The notes under the pieces: model-generated | What the model was told of the DNA's origin: nothing | Databases searched by the model: none | What the model saw: only the letters and a program-made list of their open reading frames with translations | Made by a program: the position numbers and the translations under genes | Assembly: GCA_017425575.1 (NCBI GenBank) | Contig: JAFPDA010000008.1 | Location: forward strand, 1-38,161 | DNA length: 38,161 bases | Source: Lachnospiraceae bacterium | GTDB taxonomy: Bacteria > Bacillota > Clostridia > Lachnospirales > Lachnospiraceae | Direction: 5' to 3' | Shown: positions 27,674 to 36,085 of the stretch, piece after piece | Layout of the letters: each line of letters starts with the position of its first letter | Position numbering within the stretch: position 1 is the stretch's first letter

Positions 27674-29068
27674 TTATTCACCAATCTTATAAACAATTAT
27701 TCCTGAACCACGTCTTGCATATTCAACATGAGTATTTTCCTCTGTCACATATGTTTTCATTCCATTTATGGTTATAGTAGTTCCAGGATACACCACCTTA
27801 TTTATACTTACCTTTGCATCCCTTGCCTTTTCCCTCATACTAATGATTTCCTGACGTTTTTTATCAAGTTCACTTACCTGGGACTCACACTCTATCTTTT
27901 TTCTCATGACAAGCATTTTTTTCTGCTGTAATTCAGGATTAGGTGATTTATTAAGAACCTCCTGCATTTTTTCAAGCACTTGGGAACATTTTCGTATCTC
28001 ATTACCACATTCTTCCATATCATGCTCACATTTAGACAAAAGTGCAAAAATATCCTCATCTACTCCTGTCTTAATGTTTGTATGTACCTCCGACATATTT
28101 CCAATTATATTTGTCCTTATCTCACGTACTGCATGAACCTCACCACCGATTACGATTCCATATTTACCGGAAACAATAATATCTTGACCGGAATCTATAT
28201 ACGAATTCATAATGGCATTGGCATGGACATCCCCATTGCACTTAACATGTACCTGTTCAAAAAACTTACCTTCTACATCTCCTCCGGCATCAATTGTTCC
28301 TTTGCCATTTCCCTGCATTCCATTTTTCAGGATTACTCCTTTTTTGGCAGTCAGATGAGCCTGCTCTACATATCCATCAACTATAATAGAGCCTCGCTGT
28401 GAAATAACTGTAACGCCCGACAGTACATTTCCTCTTACATGAACGTCATTCTGAAAATCTATATTGCCTGTTGTAAATGAAACATCCCCCTCAATAACCA
28501 GCTCCTGTTCTACACAAAGCCTGTCATTAATGTATGAAACCTTTCCTTCACATTTTGCAATATACATATCGGGATCATCAGGTGAAAATGTAAAACCTTT
28601 TCCTTTAATCTTTGACCGCTCTTTTCCTTTTTTGGCACTGATAACAGCACCCCGCACATTTATTCCATCCTTAAATTCTGTTGCACGGTGATATTTAACA
28701 AGCTCCTGCCCTTCCTCAACAGTTGGAAGATCACCATATTCAGAATAGTCCACTGAGCCATCCTTAAGTATCTTAGGCTTGTTATCCGATTTCATCTCAA
28801 AAAAGAATTCAAACCAGCCATCCTTACCGTTTACCGGTTTTAATGCTGAGGCAATCTTAACTGGTTTACCACATATGTTATTCTTAACTATATGCTTAAC
28901 CGCATCCTCATCTACACCATATACAACCCCTGATTCCTGTATTTTCTGGATAAGAAATTCCACACTTGGCATCTTAGCATCCTTCTTGTCACTGACAGTA
29001 ATGTATGCTTCCAATTCATCATCTGATATTGTAACTGTTATATCAAATATTTTATCTTTCTCCTGCAT
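27674..29068 (-). CDS. FapA/DUF342 family protein
   Basis: PVNGKDG, DGSVDY, GDVSFTTGNIDF, beta-helix-like repeats, coiled coil, VYPGTTITI. Confidence 0.88.
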   Translation of the reverse strand: MQEKDKIFDITVTISDDELEAYITVSDKKDAKMPSVEFLIQKIQESGVVYGVDEDAVKHIVKNNICGKPVKIASALKPVNGKDGWFEFFFEMKSDNKPKILKDGSVDYSEYGDLPTVEEGQELVKYHRATEFKDGINVRGAVISAKKGKERSKIKGKGFTFSPDDPDMYIAKCEGKVSYINDRLCVEQELVIEGDVSFTTGNIDFQNDVHVRGNVLSGVTVISQRGSIIVDGYVEQAHLTAKKGVILKNGMQGNGKGTIDAGGDVEGKFFEQVHVKCNGDVHANAIMNSYIDSGQDIIVSGKYGIVIGGEVHAVREIRTNIIGNMSEVHTNIKTGVDEDIFALLSKCEHDMEECGNEIRKCSQVLEKMQEVLNKSPNPELQQKKMLVMRKKIECESQVSELDKKRQEIISMREKARDAKVSINKVVYPGTTITINGMKTYVTEENTHVEYARRGSGIIVYKIGE

Positions 29069-29182
29069 AAAATCCCCCTCCCAAAAAAGTATCAGGGCAT
29101 AATCCCTTTACTATATTATATATGAGTTTTTTTCATAATGCAACAAAACCACCATAAACTTAACAAAAATGTAACTTTATGC

Positions 29183-29212
29183 TTGACAAACGCCGATTAT
29201 CTCTTGTATCAT
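29183..29212 (+). promoter_or_regulatory. SigA promoter for valS
   Basis: TTGACA-18-TATCAT. Confidence 0.7.
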
Positions 29213-29229
29213 AAGCAAAGATATTTTAA

Positions 29230-29482
29230 ATTCAATGACGAAGAGGAGTACGCGATTTACAGCTTCAGAGAGGGCGGTTCACCGGCTGAGAGACTGCCCA
29301 GTTCAATTTATCGTGGAAGGTAGCTTCTGAGAATTGGCTTTGAACATATTTTAGTATATAAGTAATTGCCAACGGTTCATCCCGTTACAGATGTAAGAGA
29401 TAATGTTTATACTTATAAACATTGTGTTCAAAGGTGGTACCGCGTAAATCACGCCCTTTGCCGTTTGGCAGAGGGCTTTTTT
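29230..29482 (+). ncRNA. T-box riboswitch (Val)
   Basis: AGTA, AGAGA and GCTGAGA stem I motifs; GAA-G-GTA specifier (Val, 29320-29322); T-box AAGGTGGTACCGCG at 29431-29444; terminator GCCCTTTGCC/GGCAGAGGGC plus T-tract. Confidence 0.93.
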
Positions 29483-29509
29483 ATTTCATTTTTAAGAAAG
29501 GATGTTAAT

Positions 29510-32152
29510 ATGGCTAAAGAATTAGAAAAAAATTATAATCCTTCTGACATAGAGCAGAGGACTTATAAAAAATGGCTCGACAAAAAATATTTTCACGCAG
29601 AGGTAAACAGAGATAAGAAACCTTTTACAATCGTTATGCCTCCTCCAAATATCACAGGACAGCTCCATATGGGACACGCGCTTGATAATACTCTTCAGGA
29701 TATACTTATCCGTTTTAAGAGAATGCAGGGTTATGAGGCACTCTGGGTTCCCGGAACAGACCACGCTTCTATCGCTACTGAAGCCAAAGTAGTTGAGGCA
29801 CTCAGAGAAGAAGGCATCTCAAAAGAGGAACTTGGAAGAGAAAAATTCTTAGACAGAGTTTGGGACTGGAAAAAACAGTACGGCGGCCGTATCGTTGAAC
29901 AGCTCAAAAAGATTGGTTCTTCATGTGACTGGGACAGAGAGCGTTTCACAATGGATGAAGGCTGTAACAAGGCTGTAAAAGAAGTATTTGTAAAACTTTA
30001 CAATAAAGAGCTTATCTACCGCGGTGAGAGAATTATCAACTGGTGTCCTCATTGTCTTACTTCTATCTCTGATGCAGAGGTTGAATATGAAGATCAGGCC
30101 GGATATTTCTGGCATCTCCGTTATAAGACAACTGACGGAACAGGTTATATCGACCTTGCCACAACAAGACCTGAAACTCTGCTTGGTGATACAGCCGTAG
30201 CTGTAAACCCTAATGATGACAGATACAAAGACATGGTTGGCAAAATGCTTGACCTTCCTATCGTTCACAGACAGATACCTATCATTGCAGACGATTATGT
30301 AGATATGGAGTTTGGTACCGGTGTTGTTAAGATTACACCTGCACATGACCCTAACGACTTTGAAGTAGGTCTCCGCCATAACCTCGAAGTAATCAATGTT
30401 CTCACAGATGATGCTAAAATCGTTGATGAATACGAGAAATATGCCGGCATGGACAGATATGAAGCCCGCAAAGCTATCGTTGCTGACCTTGAAGCAGAAG
30501 GTGCACTCCTCAAAATCGAAGAGCATGCCCACAATGTAGGAACATGTTACCGCTGTGGAACAACCGTAGAGCCTAGAGTTTCTAAACAGTGGTTCGTAGC
30601 AATGGAAAAACTTGCAAAGCCTGCTATTGAGGCAGTTAAAAAAGGCGATACAAAATTTGTTCCTCCGCACTTTGACAAGACATACTATCACTGGCTTGAA
30701 GGAATCAGAGACTGGTGTATCTCCCGTCAGCTCTGGTGGGGACATCAGATTCCTGCATTCTACTGTGATGACTGTGGTGAGATGGTAGTAACAAAAGAAA
30801 ATACATGCAACTGTCCAAAATGTGGAAAGCCTATGCGCCAGGACCCTGATACGCTCGATACATGGTTCTCTTCTGCACTCTGGCCTTTCAGTACTCTCGG
30901 ATGGCCTGAAAACACTGAAGAGATGGATTACTTCTATCCAACAAGTACACTTGTAACAGGATACGATATCATTTTCTTCTGGGTAATCAGAATGATGTTC
31001 TCTGGTCTTGAGCACACTGGAAAAGTTCCATTTGACACAGTTCTTATCCACGGTCTTGTGAGAGACAGTCAGGGACGCAAGATGAGTAAATCTCTCGGAA
31101 ATGGTATTGACCCACTTGAGGTAATTGACAAATACGGTGCTGATGCTCTTCGTTTCACTCTTGTAACCGGTAATGCACCAGGAAATGATATGCGTTTCTA
31201 CTGGGAGCGTGTTGAGGCAAGCAGAAACTTTGCAAACAAAGTATGGAATGCTTCACGTTTCATAATGATGCATCTCGGAGACAACACAATCACAGAGCCG
31301 GCTTATGATGAGCTTTACCCTGTAGATAAATGGATTCTCTCCGCTGTAAACACTCTTGCCAAAGAAGTTACAGAAAATATGGAGAAATATGAACTTGGTA
31401 TAGCTGTTCAGAAGATTAATGATTTTGTATGGACAGAGTTCTGTGACTGGTATATCGAGTTTGTTAAGCCAAGACTCTTTGCCAAAGAAGAAGATCCAAA
31501 AGCTGCAAATGCTGCATTCTGGACACTTAAGACAGTTCTTATAAACTCGCTTAAGCTTCTTCATCCATATATGCCATTTATCACAGAAGAAATCTTCTGC
31601 ACACTTCAGTCAGAAGAGGAATCTATCATGATTTCAAACTGGCCGGAATTTAAGGCTGAGTGGGATAACAAAGAGGCTGAAGCCCAGGCTGAGCTTATGA
31701 AAGCTGTAACAAGAGCTATAAGAAACACTCGTACTTCAATGAATGTTGCTCCTTCACGCAAAGCTAAAGTGTACCTTGTTGCAGATGATGATGCTACAGC
31801 TAAAACACTTAAAGACCTCATCCCTTCATACCAGCATCTTATATCTGCTTCAGAGGTTTGTGTCCAGACAGACAAAGCCGGTATAGAAGACAATGCTGTA
31901 TCAACAGTTATCGATAAGGCAACAGTATATATGCCACTTGCAGACCTTGTAGACTTCGAGAAAGAAAAGGAAAGACTTACAAAAGAAAAGACTCGTCTTG
32001 AGGGTGAGCTTAAGAGAGTTAATGGTATGCTTAACAACGAGAAGTTTATGAGCAAAGCGCCAGAGAAAAAGGTTGCTGAAGAAAAAGAAAAACTTGCTAA
32101 ATATCAGGCTATGATGAGCAAAGTTGAGGAAGAACTTGCAAAGCTTGGTTAA
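29510..32152 (+). CDS. valS: Valine--tRNA ligase
   Basis: PPPNITGQLHMGH, DWCISRQLWWGH, KMSKS, C-terminal coiled-coil arm; ATG at 29510 with AAAGGA RBS. Confidence 0.98.
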   Translation: MAKELEKNYNPSDIEQRTYKKWLDKKYFHAEVNRDKKPFTIVMPPPNITGQLHMGHALDNTLQDILIRFKRMQGYEALWVPGTDHASIATEAKVVEALREEGISKEELGREKFLDRVWDWKKQYGGRIVEQLKKIGSSCDWDRERFTMDEGCNKAVKEVFVKLYNKELIYRGERIINWCPHCLTSISDAEVEYEDQAGYFWHLRYKTTDGTGYIDLATTRPETLLGDTAVAVNPNDDRYKDMVGKMLDLPIVHRQIPIIADDYVDMEFGTGVVKITPAHDPNDFEVGLRHNLEVINVLTDDAKIVDEYEKYAGMDRYEARKAIVADLEAEGALLKIEEHAHNVGTCYRCGTTVEPRVSKQWFVAMEKLAKPAIEAVKKGDTKFVPPHFDKTYYHWLEGIRDWCISRQLWWGHQIPAFYCDDCGEMVVTKENTCNCPKCGKPMRQDPDTLDTWFSSALWPFSTLGWPENTEEMDYFYPTSTLVTGYDIIFFWVIRMMFSGLEHTGKVPFDTVLIHGLVRDSQGRKMSKSLGNGIDPLEVIDKYGADALRFTLVTGNAPGNDMRFYWERVEASRNFANKVWNASRFIMMHLGDNTITEPAYDELYPVDKWILSAVNTLAKEVTENMEKYELGIAVQKINDFVWTEFCDWYIEFVKPRLFAKEEDPKAANAAFWTLKTVLINSLKLLHPYMPFITEEIFCTLQSEEESIMISNWPEFKAEWDNKEAEAQAELMKAVTRAIRNTRTSMNVAPSRKAKVYLVADDDATAKTLKDLIPSYQHLISASEVCVQTDKAGIEDNAVSTVIDKATVYMPLADLVDFEKEKERLTKEKTRLEGELKRVNGMLNNEKFMSKAPEKKVAEEKEKLAKYQAMMSKVEEELAKLG

Positions 32153-32180
32153 GTAAATCATAAAAGCTGATTATAAATTT

Positions 32181-32286
32181 AAGAGGGGCTGCCGCACTAA
32201 GCAAAAGCAATACAAGATATGGAATTTATCAACATACAAAAATCTATATCCTGTAGAAATATTTCTTAGTGCGACAGCCCTTTTTT
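32181..32286. repeat. Nested inverted repeat / MITE-like element
   Basis: GGGCTGCCGCACTAAG (32186-32201) versus CTTAGTGCGACAGCCC (32265-32280), 15/16 complementary; inner TACAAGATATGGA/TCTATATCCTGTA stem. Confidence 0.65.
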
Positions 32287-32315
32287 CTTAGTACGAATGA
32301 AATTCTCTATCAATC

Positions 32316-32352
32316 AAAAAATCGCCTGATAACCGAAATTATCAGGCGATAA
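32316..32352 (-). terminator. Terminator of the infC-rpmI-rplT operon
   Basis: ATCGCCTGATAA/TTATCAGGCGAT perfect 12-bp stem with minus-strand U-tract. Confidence 0.8.
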
Positions 32353-32408
32353 ATTTATATAAATCTATAATCGTTACTATTCACGACCGTTTTTCTCTAT
32401 AATCAAAA

Positions 32409-32765
32409 TTATGCAAGTTTAGATTTAGCAACCTCAACAAGTGCTGCAAAACCTTCAGGATCGCTGATTGCCATCTCTGAAAGCATCTTTCTGTTAAGAT
32501 CGATGTTTGCAAGCTTAAGACCATGCATGAATTTGCTGTATGAAAGTCCATTCATTCTTGCTGCTGCGTTGATACGGGCAATCCATAATCTTCTGAACTG
32601 TCTCTTTCTCTCTTTTCTACCTGCGAAGGAAGATGTAAGAGCTCTCATAACAGACTGCTTAGCAACTCTATACTGTTTAGATCTTGCACCTCTATATCCT
32701 TTTGCAAGCTTTAATACTCTATTGTGTCTTTTCTTTGCATTTAAACCGCCTTTAATACGTGCCAT
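32409..32765 (-). CDS. rplT: 50S ribosomal protein L20
   Basis: MARIKGG...[11 protein letters not shown]...[11 protein letters not shown]. Confidence 0.98.
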   Translation of the reverse strand: MARIKGGLNAKKRHNRVLKLAKGYRGARSKQYRVAKQSVMRALTSSFAGRKERKRQFRRLWIARINAAARMNGLSYSKFMHGLKLANIDLNRKMLSEMAISDPEGFAALVEVAKSKLA

Positions 32766-32784
32766 CTTATTCTGTCCTCCTTAA

Positions 32785-32985
32785 TTATTTTGAATATGGT
32801 AAAATTCTCTTCATCATCTTTGCGTTTGTAGCATCAACTTCTACTGCTTTTCTGAGATTTCTCTTTCTCTTTGTTGATTTCTTATTTAAGATATGGCTCT
32901 TATTAGCCTTCATCTTCATGAGCTTACCTGTTCCTGTTGTTTTAAAGCGCTTAGCAGCTGCTCTTTTTGTTTTTAACTTTGGCAT
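32785..32985 (-). CDS. rpmI: 50S ribosomal protein L35
   Basis: [21 protein letters not shown]. Confidence 0.98.
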   Translation of the reverse strand: MPKLKTKRAAAKRFKTTGTGKLMKMKANKSHILNKKSTKRKRNLRKAVEVDATNAKMMKRILPYSK

Positions 32986-33065
32986 GATATTTTCCTCCTT
33001 AAATGTTTACCTATATGGATTGAATCCTGAAAGACTGTCTGATATCAGACAACTTTACTAACTTA

Positions 33066-33572
33066 TTAGCGTTTCTGTGACAAGAACATTACCATTGAAC
33101 GTCCTTCCATTTTTGCCGGTTTATCAATTACTGCGATATCCTCAAGTAATTCATGAAAACTATCAAGTATCTGTTTGCTATAATTGACATGTGCCATCTC
33201 GCGTCCTCTAAAACGGAGTGTAACCTTAACTTTGTCTCCCTTTGAAAGAAACTTTCTAGCCTGATTTGCTTTTGTGTTAAGATCATTTTTGTCAATGTTT
33301 GGAGAAAGTCTTACTTCCTTCACTTCCATTGTCTTCTGCTTTTTCTTAGCTTCTTTTTCTTTACGTGCCAATTCATAGCGGTATTTACCATAATCTATAA
33401 TCTTGCATACAGGTGACTTTGCTCCCGGTGCAATCTTTACTAAATCAAGGTCCTGCTCACGCGCTAACTTCATGGCATCCTTCGCTGACATAATACCTAA
33501 CTGCTCTCCACTTTCACTAATCAGACGAACTTCTTTATCTCTGATTCTCTCATTAATCATTAACTCGCTAAT
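33066..33572 (-). CDS. infC: Translation initiation factor IF-3 (AUU start)
   Basis: INERIRDKEVRLI, DYGKYRYE, RFRGRE; RBS GGAGGTG lies 7 nt before an in-frame ATT at 33572. Confidence 0.96.
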   Translation of the reverse strand: MSELMINERIRDKEVRLISESGEQLGIMSAKDAMKLAREQDLDLVKIAPGAKSPVCKIIDYGKYRYELARKEKEAKKKQKTMEVKEVRLSPNIDKNDLNTKANQARKFLSKGDKVKVTLRFRGREMAHVNYSKQILDSFHELLEDIAVIDKPAKMEGRSMVMFLSQKR

Positions 33573-33611
33573 GGTAGTACACCTCCAAATAAAATTTAAT
33601 ATTTAAAAAAT

Positions 33612-33742
33612 AAGACAAAAAAACGCAGATAGTAAAGTCATCCACGTTTATCGATTAAATACATATGTACTTTATAGCAATCAATCAATAGAAACCCGAG
33701 TCACTTTCTTGTGCTAAGGTGAGAGTGGATACTCTACTTCGT
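33612..33742 (-). ncRNA. Ribosomal protein L20 leader
   Basis: GAAGTAGAGTATCCACTCTCACC 5' stem; terminator AAACGTGGATG...TATCTGCGTTTTTTT, whose GTGGAT can pair alternatively with ATCCAC; upstream of infC. Confidence 0.82.
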
Positions 33743-33762
33743 TCTGTTCACACAGCATTTTC

Positions 33763-33791
33763 ATATTAACACATATGCAATACGCTGTCAA
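33763..33791 (-). promoter_or_regulatory. SigA promoter for the infC operon
   Basis: TTGACA-17-TAATAT with TG extension. Confidence 0.8.
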
Positions 33792-33925
33792 TTACTTTTT
33801 TGAACATTTTTCTTTAACATTATAACAGTTCAGCCGTGATATTATGCATTTAATGAAATAATTTTGAAAAAGCAGCTAACAAAAAATTTTCTACGATAAA
33901 ACAACAAACTATTCGATGTATCAGT

Positions 33926-34009
33926 TTACCCTACTGCGACTATAACATTTGCCAGTCTTTTTGATACTCTTGCTCCAACCTGTCCATATCCACCAATAAT
34001 TAAAATCAT
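33926..34009 (-). pseudogene. Remnant of a Rossmann-fold (saccharopine-dehydrogenase-like) oxidoreductase
   Basis: Manual translation gives MILIIGGYGQVGARVSKRLANVIVAVG*, a beta1-GxxGxxG-alphaA-beta2 fingerprint followed by a stop. Confidence 0.55.
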
Positions 34010-34121
34010 AGTTGCTGCTTCTAGTGTGCTGATGCCCAACATCAATATAATTTTCTTTACTAAAACTCAATTGACAGATTCTGCTCACAAACCGGAAGTG
34101 AAATGTTCACAGCCACTTAAT

Positions 34122-34451
34122 CTATACTAAATTTTCTCTATCACATCTATTGAACAAAATGCGTCTAACTTCCATTACTTTATCAGAACCTTCATCATCA
34201 ATAACAACATAATATACAACATAGTTCTTAACGTATATTCTATAATACTTATATTTTCGTTCTCGTTTAGATTGATATGGTTCGAAGCTCTCACATACTG
34301 GCAATCGTTCCAATATTGCTTCCTCAACAGCATCAATCAAATCATTTGCAGCTTTAGGGTTAGATAGTTCATTCTTAATATACGATGTAATACTATTTAC
34401 ATCATCAAAGAAAAGTGGCAAATATCTAAGCTGGTAGTTATCATTAATCAT
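34122..34451 (-). CDS. Type II toxin, RelE/ParE family
   Basis: YIKNELSNPKAA, YYRIYVKNYVVYY, VRRILF; overlaps the antitoxin stop. Confidence 0.88.
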   Translation of the reverse strand: MINDNYQLRYLPLFFDDVNSITSYIKNELSNPKAANDLIDAVEEAILERLPVCESFEPYQSKRERKYKYYRIYVKNYVVYYVVIDDEGSDKVMEVRRILFNRCDRENLV

Positions 34452-34701
34452 TAACTGCCTCCCTTAATTTCGAGAACATCTCATCATGGGTATATCTTTT
34501 ATCAGTCTCCTCTGCTATCTTATCCGCAACATCCAACGCAGCTTCAGCAGACTCCGTAAGCATTGAATATGCTTCAATACTAAGAACCACCATGGAACCA
34601 TAGCCGTTCTTAGTTAAAAAAACTGGTTCTCCAGTCTTAACAATGCTTTCAATTTCTGTAAATTTGTTTCTCAAATCAGATACTGGTTTAATCTGTATCA
34701 T
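34444..34701 (-). CDS. Type II antitoxin, Phd/YefM family
   Basis: IKPVSDLRN, EPVFLTKNGYGSMVVLSIEAY; acidic C-terminus. Confidence 0.92.
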   Translation of the reverse strand: MIQIKPVSDLRNKFTEIESIVKTGEPVFLTKNGYGSMVVLSIEAYSMLTESAEAALDVADKIAEETDKRYTHDEMFSKLREAVND

Positions 34702-34713
34702 ACAACCATCTCC

Positions 34714-34780
34714 TTATCATAATTATGATAAAATAACGTCATTTCATATTTATTATATGTAAAGAAACAAGAAATATCAA
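34714..34780 (-). promoter_or_regulatory. Toxin-antitoxin promoter and operator
   Basis: TTGATA-17-TATAAT (34780-34752); perfect palindrome TTATCATAATTATGATAA at 34714-34731 next to the RBS. Confidence 0.75.
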
Positions 34781-34924
34781 GCAAAACAGAAATTTATTTC
34801 ACTTAATTTTGATGCCGGATATATGTAACTACTCAAGCCATTGAATAAACGCTGTTATAGCCGGCATTTCCATAACATGCATAATAACATAATTCTTAGA
34901 AAATATACATAGAGTTTTTATAGT

Positions 34925-34970
34925 AAAAACAAGCCGGATTATAATGCCTATACTACAATCCAGCCTGTTT
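34925..34970 (-). terminator. Terminator after the GH43 gene
   Basis: Minus strand AAACAGGCTGGATTGTA...TATAATCCGGCTTGTTTTT. Confidence 0.65.
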
Positions 34971-35018
34971 AACCAGTTAAGATATCTAATTTTCAGAAAA
35001 GCAAAAGCTCTCTAATTT

Positions 35019-35942
35019 TTACACTTCTTCTACGCCGCCACACTTGGCAATTGTATCAATAGAACCGTCTTCATTATATGTAAATTCTGCAACACATACT
35101 GAACGACGGTAAAGTGATCCTCCCGGAAGTTCTCCTGTATGATAGAACAGATATGAATGTCCCTTAAAATCTGCAATTCCCGGATGATTTGTAAATACTC
35201 CACCATCTTCTGTCATCAATATGCCGCCATATACCCATGGGCCTGTCGGTGATGTAGCTGTTGAATATGCAAGATGTTCATCTTTTCCATCTCTAAAAGC
35301 TGCATAAACCATGTAATACAAATCATTTTTTTTGTAAAACCAAGGTCCCTCTGCATAGCTGGTTCCCGTCATATGACTTCCCTTAGCAAAAGATTCTTCT
35401 GTCATCGGAATCTTTACAACACCTACTTCTTCGTTATAAGAAATCATATCTTCGTTTAAAAGAACATATCGTAATTCCGGATTACCAAAATATAAATATG
35501 CCTGTCCGTCATCATCAATGAAAACAGTCGGATCAATATCATTCCAGTCACCTTCATCAACCAGTGGATATCCCAAATCTTTAAATGGTCCTGTAGGACT
35601 GTCTGACACTCCTACTGCAATTGCCATTCCACTATCTTTTTTATGTACCGGACAATAGAGATAAAACTTGCCATTCCTCTCAACAGCCTGTGGCGCCCAT
35701 GCACGGTCATCTGCCCACTCAATATCATCCAAAGAAAAAATCCTGCCATGATCTGTCCAGTTCACCATATCCTTTGTAGAAAAGCAGTGCCAGTCAAACA
35801 TTGTATAAAAATCATCGACTGTTTCATCCTCATCATGAGTGGTGTAAAGATACAAAGTATCTCCATATACCATTGGTGCAGGATCTGCTGTATAAATTGA
35901 ATTAATAATTGGATTCTTTTTAAACATCTTTTTTTCCTCCAT
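35019..35942 (-). CDS. GH43 glycoside hydrolase (beta-xylosidase/arabinofuranosidase-like)
   Basis: TADPAP, WAP, DIDPTVFIDDDG, YAEGPW, TNH; no signal peptide; start probably 35942. Confidence 0.9.
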   Translation of the reverse strand: MEEKKMFKKNPIINSIYTADPAPMVYGDTLYLYTTHDEDETVDDFYTMFDWHCFSTKDMVNWTDHGRIFSLDDIEWADDRAWAPQAVERNGKFYLYCPVHKKDSGMAIAVGVSDSPTGPFKDLGYPLVDEGDWNDIDPTVFIDDDGQAYLYFGNPELRYVLLNEDMISYNEEVGVVKIPMTEESFAKGSHMTGTSYAEGPWFYKKNDLYYMVYAAFRDGKDEHLAYSTATSPTGPWVYGGILMTEDGGVFTNHPGIADFKGHSYLFYHTGELPGGSLYRRSVCVAEFTYNEDGSIDTIAKCGGVEEV

Positions 35943-36085
35943 ATTTTTCCCTCTACTTATTATCATTCGTTACTTTCTATAATACTATATTTAATTATGT
36001 TAAATCACCCCTCATAGTTTAGCAATTATCATGTAAATCTATATAAGATGACTCCCTCTGAGCAAAAATGAAACTCTTATTTATG

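Noticed and set aside
29366-29509. 48-aa N-terminal extension of ValS in the ORF track
   Set aside because: Overlaps the T-box antiterminator and terminator; the RBS supports ATG at 29510
29921-31051. 376-aa minus-strand ORF (and other antisense ORFs over glgP, the GH94 genes, malQ and fapA)
   Set aside because: Antisense shadows of well-supported genes, with no recognisable motifs
34812-34867. ATGCCGG-a-TATA/TATA-g-CCGGCAT inverted repeat with an inner GTAACTACTCAA
   Set aside because: Too short and degenerate to assign to the repeat family or to a function
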